NCBI GenBank assembly: GCA_035688935.1 | Contig: DASSMI010000035.1 | Span: forward strand, 1 to 43,278 | From: Candidatus Limnocylindrales bacterium | GTDB lineage: Bacteria; Chloroflexota; Limnocylindria; Limnocylindrales; CSP1-4 | Length of the DNA stretch: 43,278 nt | Direction: 5' to 3' | Part shown: piece after piece, positions 26,203 through 34,554 of the stretch | Position numbering within the stretch: position 1 is the stretch's first letter | Layout: every line of letters begins with the position of its first letter | Position numbers and translations under genes: made by a program | Notes under the pieces: model-generated | What the model saw: only the letters and a program-made list of their open reading frames with translations | Told to the model about the DNA's origin: nothing | The model's database searches: none

Positions 26203-28175
26203 AACCCCTCCACCATGAACGCGTCGCCCAGCTCGGCCAGGGAGAAGACCGGCCCGTCACGACAGACGAAGAAGGGACCGAGCTGGCAGTGGCCACACGT
26301 GCCGACCCCGCAGGCCATGTTCCTCTCGAGGGTCACCCACGTCCGATCCCGCGCGACGCCCAGGCGCTCCAGCGCGGCGGCCGTCGCTCGCATCATCCGC
26401 TCCGGGCCGCAGACGAACGCCGTCACCCGGCTGCCGTCCCACGCCGCCTGATCGAAGAGCTGGGTGACCACGCCGATCCGCCCGAGCCAGTCGCCGCCGG
26501 CGCGATCCACGATCTCGGCGATCTCCAGGTCGGCCCGACCGCCGAGCGCCGACAGCTCGTCGACGAAGAGCCGGTCGGCGGGGCTCCGCGCTCCCAGGTA
26601 CAGCCGCACGGCGCCGAACCGCGGTCGCTCGGCGAGGATCGAATCGAGGACCGGCCGGAGCGGCGCGAGACCGATCCCGCCCGCGACGATCACGACGTCG
26701 CGACCGCGCGCGGTCGAGATCGGCCAGCCGCGGCCGAGCGGGCCCCGGACGGCGACCTCGGTGCCGAGCGGGAGGTCGATCAGGCGAGCCGTCGCGGGGC
26801 CCGCCGCGCGGATCGTGAGCTCGAGGCCGTCGGGCCGGATCCGCGAGATGGAGATGGGCGGAGCCGCGAAGGCCGGCTGCTCGACGAGGACGAACTGGCC
26901 GGGCGCCGCGGCGAGGATCGCCGGGTCGGTGATCGCGAGGCCGATCGTCGCCGTGTCCGCCGTTTCGCGCGCGAACGAGCGGATCCGGGCGATCGCTCGC
27001 ACCGGGGGCGGCGTGGTCCCGATCTCGGGCGCCCGCCCCGACCCGGGCGACGCGGGCCACGGCGGTGGTCCGCTGGGCAGCCCGATCGGGGCGACCGCCG
27101 CGAGCTCCTCCCGCACGTCGATCGCGACCGGGCACCACGCGATGCAGCGCCCGCATCCCACGCAGCCGCTCATCCCGAACTGGTCCCACCAGGTCGCGAA
27201 CTTGTGCGTCATCCATTGCCGGTAGCGGTCGGCGACCGCGGGCCGGAAGCTCGCGTCGCCGGCGACGCGGGCGAATCCCGAGCTGAAGCAGCTGTCCCAC
27301 CGCCGCTCGGTCGTTCCCTCGATCCCGTCGAGGTCCGAGGCCACCGCCACGCTCGTGCAGAAGCAGGTTGGGCAGACGAGCGTGCAGTTGGCGCAGGCGA
27401 GGCAGCGGTCCGCGATCGCCGCCCAGCGCGGCGAGTCGAGGGCGTTCCGGAGCCGGTCGGGCAGGCCCTCGGCCGCGACCGGATCACCGATCGCCTCACG
27501 GACGGCGCGGACCTGGGCGGCCGCCGCAGCCGTCTCGGCCTCGGTCGCCGGACGAAGGTCCAGCGCCTCGACGATCGAGGCACCGGCCGCGCTGCCCGAC
27601 CGGACGAGGAACCCACCGGCGATCTCGGCCATCGCGATGTCGGCGCCGTCGCTGACCTCCGGACCGGCCTCCATCGACGTGCAGAAGCAGGTGTCCGTGG
27701 CCCGCGCGCATTCGACCGCGACGATCAGGCTCGCGGCGCGGCGGGCGACGTGGTCGGCATCGCCCAACGGTCCCGCCCGCATGACGCGCTCCTGGATCCG
27801 CAGCGCCGCGATCTCGCAGGCACGGACGCCGACGAACGCGAGGCGGGGCGGGGACCCGGCGGCCGCTTCGACGCGAAGCGAGTCGTCCTCGCGCCGGAAC
27901 CGCGCCCCCGGCACGGCCGGTGGGTGGGTGAACCGCTTCCAGGCGGTCACGCCGAGGCCATAGTCGAATGCCCGCGCCGGATCGCCATCACCGAGTCGAA
28001 CGCGGCCGGGCGCGGATTCGACCACGCGGCCCCACGGCAGATCCGCCGCTCCGTCGAGCTCCTCGTAGACGATCGCACCGTCACCAACGGTCGGGCCGAT
28101 GATCCGTCGCCCGTCTGCGGCGAGCGCGTCGAAGAGCGTGTCGAGCTCCGCGACGGGCAGGAAGCGATCGGTCAT
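26199..28175 (-). CDS. Fused hydrogenase beta-gamma subunit (AsrA-like 4Fe-4S domain + AsrB/FNR-like FAD/NAD(P)/2Fe-2S domain)
   Basis: 658 aa from MTDRFLPVAELD... The N-terminal half has CLACANCTLVCPTCFC and CVGCGRCIAWCP. A Pro-rich linker follows (GLPSGPPPWPASPGSGRAPEIGTTPPP). The C-terminal half has PPISISR, VIVAGGIGLAPL and CGVGTCGHCQLGPFFVCRDGPVF. ATG 28175 overlaps the stop of the cNMP gene (ATGA). Confidence 0.88.
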   Translation of the reverse strand: MTDRFLPVAELDTLFDALAADGRRIIGPTVGDGAIVYEELDGAADLPWGRVVESAPGRVRLGDGDPARAFDYGLGVTAWKRFTHPPAVPGARFRREDDSLRVEAAAGSPPRLAFVGVRACEIAALRIQERVMRAGPLGDADHVARRAASLIVAVECARATDTCFCTSMEAGPEVSDGADIAMAEIAGGFLVRSGSAAGASIVEALDLRPATEAETAAAAAQVRAVREAIGDPVAAEGLPDRLRNALDSPRWAAIADRCLACANCTLVCPTCFCTSVAVASDLDGIEGTTERRWDSCFSSGFARVAGDASFRPAVADRYRQWMTHKFATWWDQFGMSGCVGCGRCIAWCPVAIDVREELAAVAPIGLPSGPPPWPASPGSGRAPEIGTTPPPVRAIARIRSFARETADTATIGLAITDPAILAAAPGQFVLVEQPAFAAPPISISRIRPDGLELTIRAAGPATARLIDLPLGTEVAVRGPLGRGWPISTARGRDVVIVAGGIGLAPLRPVLDSILAERPRFGAVRLYLGARSPADRLFVDELSALGGRADLEIAEIVDRAGGDWLGRIGVVTQLFDQAAWDGSRVTAFVCGPERMMRATAAALERLGVARDRTWVTLERNMACGVGTCGHCQLGPFFVCRDGPVFSLAELGDAFMVEGL

Positions 28176-28651
28176 CGGCGGGACTCCGCTCCGCTGCCGT
28201 ACAGGTCGAGGAGCTGGAGGCGCGTCGTGGCGAGTCGCCGCGCGACGCAGGCCAGCAGCTGGCGATAGACCGCCGCGGCGAGCTCGGGGTCGGCTTCGAG
28301 CGCCGCGCACAGGCCGAACGCCTCGAACAGGATCGCCCGGCATGGGGTGGCGGCGACGCACGTGGAGCTGGCGGGCGTCCCGGGAAGGGCTGCCGACCAA
28401 CCGAAGACGTCGCCGCGATCGATCGTCAGGATCGTCCTGGGGTGGCTCGGCGGGATGCCCAGTCGCAGCGCGACTCGGCCGTCGAGGACGATTCCCATCG
28501 CCTCGCACGGCTGCCCCTCGCGGATCACGACGGTCCCTTCCCGGAGCTGGACGACGGTGCCGACCGCCGCCAGCCGGGCGCGAGCGGTGACGGGGAGGTT
28601 CGCGCCGAACCAGGTCTCGCCGAGCAGCGACGTCAGCGTCGAGGTCTCCAT
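28172..28651 (-). CDS. Stand-alone cyclic-nucleotide-binding (CAP effector-type) domain protein, no HTH
   Basis: 159 aa from METSTLTSLLGETWFG... The beta-roll pattern is VQLREGTVVIREGQPCEAMGIVLDGRVAL...ILTIDRGDVFGWSAAL...ATTRLQLLDLY. It is the first gene of the hydrogenase string. Confidence 0.8.
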   Translation of the reverse strand: METSTLTSLLGETWFGANLPVTARARLAAVGTVVQLREGTVVIREGQPCEAMGIVLDGRVALRLGIPPSHPRTILTIDRGDVFGWSAALPGTPASSTCVAATPCRAILFEAFGLCAALEADPELAAAVYRQLLACVARRLATTRLQLLDLYGSGAESRR

Positions 28652-28694
28652 GGGCCCAGCGTCGGGAGGGCACGGGGGGTCGAACAAGGGCCCA

Positions 28695-28736
28695 CCGTCC
28701 CGGCACGACGGGCCATCCGGCCCTCCGCCGGGACGG
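28695..28736. promoter_or_regulatory. 9-bp inverted repeat CCGTCCCGG-N24-CCGGGACGG in the divergent hydrogenase/PFOR spacer
   Basis: The arms at 28695-28703 and 28728-28736 are exact reverse complements. The repeat sits inside the 108-nt spacer 28652-28759, 24 nt upstream of the PFOR ATG. Two GGGCCC hexamers lie at 28652 and 28688. Function is inferred only. Confidence 0.35.
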
Positions 28737-28759
28737 CCTTTCGTCGCCACCATCGGAGC

Positions 28760-30736
28760 ATGTCGAGCCACCGCCCCACCGACATCCCGCCATTCCCCGG
28801 GCTGCCGTCGATCGTCGACGGGTCCGAGGCGATCGCGTCCGTCGAGACGCGGATCTCGGAGGTCGCCTGCGCGTACCCGATCACGCCCTCCACGACGATG
28901 GCCGCGGTGTTCCAGGCGGCCGTCGCGGATGGTCGAACGAACCTGTGGGGGACGCCCCTGAGATTCGTCGAGCTCGAATCCGAGCATTCGTCGGCGTCGT
29001 CGGCGGAGGGCGTCGCACTCTCCGGCGGGCGCGTCACGAACTTCACCGCCGGCCAGGGCCTCGTCCTGATGAAGGAAGTCCTGTTCGTCATCTCCGGCAA
29101 GCGGCTGCCGGCGGTCTTCCATGTCGGCGCTCGCGCGATGACGAGCCAGGCGCTGAACATCCACGCGGGCCACGACGACGTCATGGCCGTCGCCGACACC
29201 GGATGGGGGATGCTCTTCGCGCGGAACGCCCAGGAGGCGGCCGACCTCACGGCGATCGCGCGCCGGACGGCCGAGGCGACGGAGGTGCCGTTCCTCGTCA
29301 TCCAGGACGGCTTCCTCACGACCCACACCCTCGAATCGATGCGCCTTCCCGAGGACGAGCTGCTGCGCGCGTTCGTCGGCGATCCGCGCGAGCGGATCCG
29401 GGCCTGGTTCGACACCGACGCGCCGCTGATGACCGGCGTCGTCCAGAACCAGGACAGCTACATGAAGGGGCGCATCGGCCAGCGCGCCTTCTACGACCGG
29501 CTACCGGCCGAGCTCGGCGAGTCGTTCGCGGAGTGGTCGCGGCTGACCGGCCGGCGCTACGGCGGTGTCGACGCCTACCGGACGGACGACGCATCCGAGA
29601 TCGTCGTGGCCATGGGCACGATCGCCGACACCGCCGTCGGCGTGGTCGACCACCTGCGGGCCGCCGGGCGGCCCGTCGGGTGCGTCGCGGTCACGAGCTT
29701 CCGGCCGTTCCCGACGGAGGACGTGTGGCGCGCCGTTCGGGCGGCCCGCGCGGTCGCCGTGATCGAGCGGACGGACGAGCCGGCGGCCGCCGACAACCCG
29801 CTGACCCGCGAGGTGAAGGCCGCCTGCTACGACCACGCGGCGGAAGGCGTCCTCGCGCCGCGCATCCGGTCGGTGTCGGCCGGGCTCGGCTCGCGTGATG
29901 TCGCCGCCGGCGATGTCCTGGCCGTCTTCGACTGGCTTGCCGACCATCACTCTGCGGCCGATCGCCGCCACGCCGTGGTCGGGATCCGCCATCCGCTCGC
30001 GCTCGAGTCGCGTCCGCTCGACCTCCGTCCGGCGAGCGCGTTCAGCCTCCGCGGCCACTCGATCGGCGGGTTCGGCTCGGTGACGACGAACAAGCTGGTC
30101 GCGTCCGTCGTCGGCGGGCTGTTCGGCCTCGAGGTCCAGGCGTATCCGCGCTACGGATCCGAGAAGAAGGGCCTGCCCACCACCTACTACCTCACCGTTG
30201 CGGCCGAGCGGATCCGCCAGCACGGCGAGCTGGATCACGTCGACTTCGTGGCACTCCATGACGTCGCGGCGTTCCGTCAGGGCGACCCGCTCCGCGGCCT
30301 CGTCGACGGCGGGACGGTCTTCGTCGCATCGGCCGAGACCGAGCCGGAGTCGATCTGGCGATCGATCCCGAGCGACGCGCGAGGCGAGATCCTCCGCCGC
30401 GGCATCCGGTTGGCGGCTCTCGACCCGGCCGAGCTGGCACGGACGCGGGCCCCGCGCCCGGACCTCGTCGCGCGGATGCAGGGCGTCGCGCTCCTCGGCG
30501 TGTTCCTCCGGCTGACCCCGTTCGCCGGGCGCGCCGGCCTCGACCGCGACGAGCTGCTGGCGGCCGTCCGGCCGCACCTCGAGCGCTTCTTCGGCAAGCG
30601 CGGCCGGCGCGTCGTCGACGCGAACCTCGACCTCGTCCGAGCCGCCTGGGACGAGGTCGTCGACGTCAGCGCCGCCATCTCGGCCCTCGTTCCTGCTCCG
30701 GCACACCAGCTGATCGTCGTGGAGGCAGCCCGATGA
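28760..30736 (+). CDS. Pyruvate:ferredoxin/flavodoxin oxidoreductase, N-terminal part (NifJ-type domains I-III, alpha+gamma equivalent)
   Basis: 658 aa from MSSHRPTDIPPFPGLPSIVDGSEAIASVE... Motifs are ACAYPITPSTTMAAVF and ELESEHSSASSAEGVALSGGRVTNFTAGQGL. The gamma-like part has SLRGHSIGGFGSVTTNKL...YGSEKKGLPTTYYL. Confidence 0.9.
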   Translation: MSSHRPTDIPPFPGLPSIVDGSEAIASVETRISEVACAYPITPSTTMAAVFQAAVADGRTNLWGTPLRFVELESEHSSASSAEGVALSGGRVTNFTAGQGLVLMKEVLFVISGKRLPAVFHVGARAMTSQALNIHAGHDDVMAVADTGWGMLFARNAQEAADLTAIARRTAEATEVPFLVIQDGFLTTHTLESMRLPEDELLRAFVGDPRERIRAWFDTDAPLMTGVVQNQDSYMKGRIGQRAFYDRLPAELGESFAEWSRLTGRRYGGVDAYRTDDASEIVVAMGTIADTAVGVVDHLRAAGRPVGCVAVTSFRPFPTEDVWRAVRAARAVAVIERTDEPAAADNPLTREVKAACYDHAAEGVLAPRIRSVSAGLGSRDVAAGDVLAVFDWLADHHSAADRRHAVVGIRHPLALESRPLDLRPASAFSLRGHSIGGFGSVTTNKLVASVVGGLFGLEVQAYPRYGSEKKGLPTTYYLTVAAERIRQHGELDHVDFVALHDVAAFRQGDPLRGLVDGGTVFVASAETEPESIWRSIPSDARGEILRRGIRLAALDPAELARTRAPRPDLVARMQGVALLGVFLRLTPFAGRAGLDRDELLAAVRPHLERFFGKRGRRVVDANLDLVRAAWDEVVDVSAAISALVPAPAHQLIVVEAAR

Positions 30737-31152
30737 ACGCCGTCCTCGAACCGCGGACCGTGGGGGAGCTGATGACCCGCGATCCGATCCTCGCCCACCT
30801 GGACATGGCCCTGTCCGATGCCGCCGACCTCATGGACTTCTACCGGGTGACGGGGCTCCCGGTCGTCGACTCGAGCGGCGCGCTGTGCGGGGTCATCAGC
30901 CAGACCGACCTCCTCCATGCCCGGACCACCGAGGCGCTCTGGGCCGCCTGGCCGGGACTCGCCGTGCGCCATCTCATGACGTCTCCGGCGGTCACCGTGA
31001 CGGCCGGTACGTCGGTCGACGAAGCGGCGGCGTTGATGGAGCGTCTCCGGATCCATCGGGTGGTCGTCACCGACATCTCGGGCGAGGTCACGATCGGCAT
31101 CCTCGCCGTCGCGGATCTCGTCCGGGCGATGGCCGAGCGAGGCCCGGCGTGA
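30733..31152 (+). CDS. Stand-alone CBS-pair protein
   Basis: 139-aa ORF with two CBS motifs (VGELMTRDPILAHLDMALSDAADLM...GLPVVDSSGALCGVISQTDLL and VRHLMTSPAVTVTAGTSVDEAAALM...HRVVVTDISGEVTIGILAVADLV). ATGA overlaps the upstream gene and GTGA overlaps the downstream gene. Confidence 0.88.
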   Translation: MNAVLEPRTVGELMTRDPILAHLDMALSDAADLMDFYRVTGLPVVDSSGALCGVISQTDLLHARTTEALWAAWPGLAVRHLMTSPAVTVTAGTSVDEAAALMERLRIHRVVVTDISGEVTIGILAVADLVRAMAERGPA

Positions 31153-32834
31153 CCGAGCTCGGGCGGCACGACCTGGCGGCCCCGATCCTGAAGGAGCCGG
31201 GCGAGCCCAAGGAGATCCACGAGACGCGGTTCGCGCCGGCCTCGACCGTCCTCGACGTCCATGCCTACGTCGACGACTTCAACAGCTCGATCGTCGACGC
31301 CTATCGACGCGGCGTGGCCGATCGCGACCTGCCGGCCGACAGCGGCGTCGCCAGGAGCGTCGTCCCGCCGGGCACGGCGGCGATCCGCGACTTCAGCGGC
31401 CTCGCGCCGCGCATCCCGGAGCTCGTCCTCGACGCGTGCGTCGGCTGCATGTCGTGTGTCAACGCCTGTCCCGACAGCGCGATCCTCGGGATCGCCCAGC
31501 CGGCGTCCGTCCTCGATCCGGCGATCGACGCATTCGCCTCGGCCGAGTCCGACCCGGCCCGCGCGACGGCGGCCGGCCGGTCCCACTTCACGAGGACGAC
31601 GAAGTACGCCGACGTGCCCGCGAAGCGCGGCCTCGAGCCCGCCCAGTTCGGGATCTTCGTGGACCCGGTCCATTGCAAGGGCTGCGCCGAGTGCGTCGAG
31701 GTCTGTCACGCGCTCGGCTACGACGCGCTCCGGATGATCGACAAGCAGCCGCTCGAGCCGAGCGGGGAGGGGACCGTGGAGCGGTACCTCCGCGACATGC
31801 GGCTCTTCCGATCGCTCCCGCCCACGCCGCCGGAGTACCGCAACGAGAAGGCGCTCGCGGACCTGATGCTCGGCGAGCACGCGTTCGGCTACACGGGTGG
31901 CGCCGGCTCGTGCTCCGGCTGCGGCGAGGCCACGGCGATCCGGATGCTCGTCGCCGCGACTCGCGGGACGAGCGGCCCGGATTCGATGGCGATCGTCGCC
32001 GCGACGGGCTGCAACACCGTGTTCGGGAGCACGTATCCGTTCAATCCCTACCTCGTCCCGTGGACGAACTCGCTGTTCGAGAACGCGCCCGCCGTGGCGC
32101 TCGGGATCCGGACGCGCTGGGAGCAGGCCGGCCATCCCGAGCGGCGCCTGTGGGTGCTCGGCGGCGACGGCGCGATGTACGACATCGGCTTCCAGTCGCT
32201 GTCGCGCCTCGTCGCGTCCGGGGCCGACGTCAAGGTCCTGGTCCTCGACACGCAGGTCTACTCGAACACGGGCGGGCAGGCGTCCACGGCGTCGTTCGGC
32301 GGCCAGGTGACGAAGCTGTCGGCCTACGGTCACGACCTCCACGGCCGGCCCGAGCCGCGCAAGGAGCTGGGCCGCATCCTCGTCGCCCACGGCAATGCCT
32401 ACGTCGCCCAGACGACGCCGGCCCATGTCAACCACTTCTACCGCTCGATCCTGGAGGCGAACGCCTACCCGGGTCCGGCCGTCGTGATCGCCTACTCCGC
32501 CTGCATGCCCGAGCACGGGATCGCCGACGACGCCGCGACCCGCGAGGCGAAGCTGGCCGTGGACACCCGGGCATTCCCGCTCTTCACGTACGACCCGCGC
32601 CGGGGCGACACGATCGCCGAGCGGCTGTCTCTCCAGGGCAACCCGGCCCTCCGCGCCGACTGGGCCGCCGAGCCCGACGGGACAACGATCGACTTCCTCG
32701 CATTCGCCCGCGCCGAGGGCCGGTTCGCGCCGCACTTCGGCGCCGACGGGACGCCTTCGGCCGAGATCCTCGCCACACGGGACGACCGGCTGGCGAACTG
32801 GCGGACCCTCCAGGAGCTGGCTGGGCTGCGCTGA
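31149..32834 (+). CDS. Pyruvate:ferredoxin/flavodoxin oxidoreductase, C-terminal part (2x[4Fe-4S] ferredoxin domain + TPP-binding domain, delta+beta equivalent)
   Basis: 561 aa from GTG 31149. Motifs are CVGCMSCVNACPDSAI, CKGCAECVEVCHALGY, GAGSCSGCGEAT and the TPP motif GGDGAMYDIGFQSLSRLVASGADVKVLVLDTQVYSNTGGQ. Confidence 0.9.
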   Translation: MTELGRHDLAAPILKEPGEPKEIHETRFAPASTVLDVHAYVDDFNSSIVDAYRRGVADRDLPADSGVARSVVPPGTAAIRDFSGLAPRIPELVLDACVGCMSCVNACPDSAILGIAQPASVLDPAIDAFASAESDPARATAAGRSHFTRTTKYADVPAKRGLEPAQFGIFVDPVHCKGCAECVEVCHALGYDALRMIDKQPLEPSGEGTVERYLRDMRLFRSLPPTPPEYRNEKALADLMLGEHAFGYTGGAGSCSGCGEATAIRMLVAATRGTSGPDSMAIVAATGCNTVFGSTYPFNPYLVPWTNSLFENAPAVALGIRTRWEQAGHPERRLWVLGGDGAMYDIGFQSLSRLVASGADVKVLVLDTQVYSNTGGQASTASFGGQVTKLSAYGHDLHGRPEPRKELGRILVAHGNAYVAQTTPAHVNHFYRSILEANAYPGPAVVIAYSACMPEHGIADDAATREAKLAVDTRAFPLFTYDPRRGDTIAERLSLQGNPALRADWAAEPDGTTIDFLAFARAEGRFAPHFGADGTPSAEILATRDDRLANWRTLQELAGLR

Positions 32835-32852
32835 GCCAGCGATCGCCGGTCC

Positions 32853-32874
32853 GATCGGGCCGAGTCGCCCGATC
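32853..32874 (+). terminator. Hairpin after the PFOR operon
   Basis: GATCGGGC-cgagtc-GCCCGATC is an 8-bp perfect stem that begins 19 nt after the stop at 32834 and is followed by CCTTGA. Confidence 0.4.
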
Positions 32875-32972
32875 CCTTGAGGCCCGACGGCTCTGGCGGG
32901 GCGCTCGGTCGGACCCGACACTCGAGACCGGTGGGCGCCCGGAGCGGCGTCCACGCGAAAGGAGGCAGATCG

Positions 32973-33284
32973 ATGGATCTTGCCATCAGCATCGGGATCG
33001 GAGGCTGGATCCTGCTCATCGCGGCCGCGCTGATCGTCGGCGTCGCCATGCAGTTCCTCGGACGGGGCTCGACCTACGGCTTCGCGATCGACGCGTTCGC
33101 CGTCGCGCTCGGGGCCCTCTTCGCCAGCGAGATCGTGGTTGCCTGGCGAACAGTCGAGCCGGTCTGGGATGGCCTGGCGCTCGTTCCGGCAGTGCTCGGC
33201 GGCCTTGCCGTCGGCGCCGTCGTGGACCTGCTGACCCGCTATCTGATCGGTGGGCAATCGGCCGGGCGGCCGATGTCGGCGTGA
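32973..33284 (+). CDS. Small membrane protein, GlsB/YeaQ/YmgE (transglycosylase-associated) family-like
   Basis: 103 aa from ATG 32973, with AAAGGAGG 7 nt upstream: MDLAISIGIGGWILLIAAALIVGVAMQFLGRG... It has 3-4 Gly-rich TM helices. Confidence 0.6.
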   Translation: MDLAISIGIGGWILLIAAALIVGVAMQFLGRGSTYGFAIDAFAVALGALFASEIVVAWRTVEPVWDGLALVPAVLGGLAVGAVVDLLTRYLIGGQSAGRPMSA

Positions 33285-33311
33285 TCGGGACCACACCCCG
33301 CGCGTCGACCA

Positions 33312-33345
33312 GGGAGGGCGACGGCCGAGAGGCCGCCGCCCTCCC
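33312..33345 (+). terminator. Strong GC hairpin with GAGA tetraloop between glsB-like and flavodoxin-like genes
   Basis: GGGAGGGCGACGGCC-gaga-GGCCGCCGCCCTCCC pairs 14 of 15 bp. It begins 28 nt after the stop at 33284 and ends 4 nt before the GGAGGAGG SD of the next gene. There is no U-tract. Confidence 0.45.
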
Positions 33346-33363
33346 GTCATGGAGGAGGCTCGG

Positions 33364-33897
33364 ATGAGAGCAGTCGTCGTCTTCGAATCGATCTGGGGCA
33401 ACACCGCGGCCATCGCCGAGGCGATCGCCGAAGGGCTCGGCGGGGACGCCCGGGCGCTTCCGACGGACGAGGCGACCCGCGAGGTGGTCGGCGCGGCCGA
33501 TCTCGTGGTCGCCGGCGCACCGGTCATGGCCTTCCGCCTGCCGACCGACGGCATGCGAAGCCGGCTCCTCGCGGGCCACGATGACGCCCCGCGTCCGGCG
33601 GACACCTCCCACCCATCGATGCGCTCGTGGCTGGAGAACGTGCCGGTCAGCCAGGCCTGGATGGCGGCATTCGAGACGCGCCTGCATTGGTCGCCGGGTG
33701 GCTCGACCGGCACGATCGAGCGGATCCTGGGACGGGCCGGGTTCCGGCGGGTCGGCCGCGCCGCCAAGTTCTTCGTGACCGGGACGTACGGCCCGCTCAA
33801 GGACGGCGAGCTCGAGCGGGCTCGCGCGTGGGGTCGCGAGCTGGCCGCTGCCGCCGGGGTCGGCGCCCGAGGGCGCGAGGTCGCCGCGGCCCGCTAG
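33364..33897 (+). CDS. Flavodoxin-like fold protein
   Basis: 177 aa from MRAVVVFESIWGNTAAIAEAIAEGL... The phosphate-loop-like SxWGNT is followed by ADLVVAGAPV. GGAGGAGG lies upstream of ATG 33364. Confidence 0.72.
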   Translation: MRAVVVFESIWGNTAAIAEAIAEGLGGDARALPTDEATREVVGAADLVVAGAPVMAFRLPTDGMRSRLLAGHDDAPRPADTSHPSMRSWLENVPVSQAWMAAFETRLHWSPGGSTGTIERILGRAGFRRVGRAAKFFVTGTYGPLKDGELERARAWGRELAAAAGVGARGREVAAAR

Positions 33898-34031
33898 GCG
33901 CCGCCAGGGTCGGCCGCCAGCCGGCGCCCCGGCCCGTGGGGCCTCGGTCCTGGCCGAACGGGCGGATCGGCCCGTCCATCTGGGGCCGATGTCCCTGTCC
34001 CCATCTCCGTCCGCGGCGATACGGTGAGCCC

Positions 34032-34541
34032 ATGGAACCGATCCGCATCCGGCCGATCCGGCCCACCGACGCCGCGGGCCTCGAGGCGTTCTACCGCGAG
34101 CTGGGCGACGAGAGCCGGCGCCTCCGGTTCTTCGGCGTCACCGCCGGCCTGAGCGGCACCCAATCGACGAGGTTCTGCTCGACCGATCATGCTCATCGCG
34201 AAGGGTTCGTCGCGACGATCCGGGAACCAGGCAGGCCGCACGGCGAGCGGATCGTGGGCCACGTCTGCCTCGAACCGGCAGGTCCCGGCCGAGCGGAGGT
34301 GGCGATCGCGGTGTCCGATGCGGTCCAGCGCCAGGGGATCGGGACCAGCCTGATGCGCGCCGCGATCGGCTGGGCGCGACGACACCGGATCTCGACGCTC
34401 AGCGCAACGATGCTCCCGACGAACCCGGCGATCCACGGACTCCTCCGCTCGCTCGGCTTGCCGGCGCGGAGCCGTCCGACCGAGCTCGGCACGATCGCCC
34501 TCGATCTCGCGGTCGATCCCGGGCCGGCGCTGGCCGCATGA
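34032..34541 (+). CDS. GNAT family N-acetyltransferase (resembles the GNAT domain of Pat-type protein lysine acetyltransferases)
   Basis: 169 aa from MEPIRIRPIRPTDAAGLEAFYRELGDESRRLRFFG... The acetyl-CoA loop is VSDAVQRQGIGTSLMRAAIGWA. Confidence 0.82.
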   Translation: MEPIRIRPIRPTDAAGLEAFYRELGDESRRLRFFGVTAGLSGTQSTRFCSTDHAHREGFVATIREPGRPHGERIVGHVCLEPAGPGRAEVAIAVSDAVQRQGIGTSLMRAAIGWARRHRISTLSATMLPTNPAIHGLLRSLGLPARSRPTELGTIALDLAVDPGPALAA

Positions 34542-34554
34542 TCGCGATCCGAAC

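Noticed and set aside
24009-28268. Plus-strand ORFs 24009..25436 and 26289..28268, and minus-strand alternatives 25259..26296 and 26257..27300 within the hydrogenase genes.
   Set aside because: The hydrogenase subunits carry unmistakable metal-cluster motifs in the chosen frames. The alternatives are Arg-rich shadow frames.
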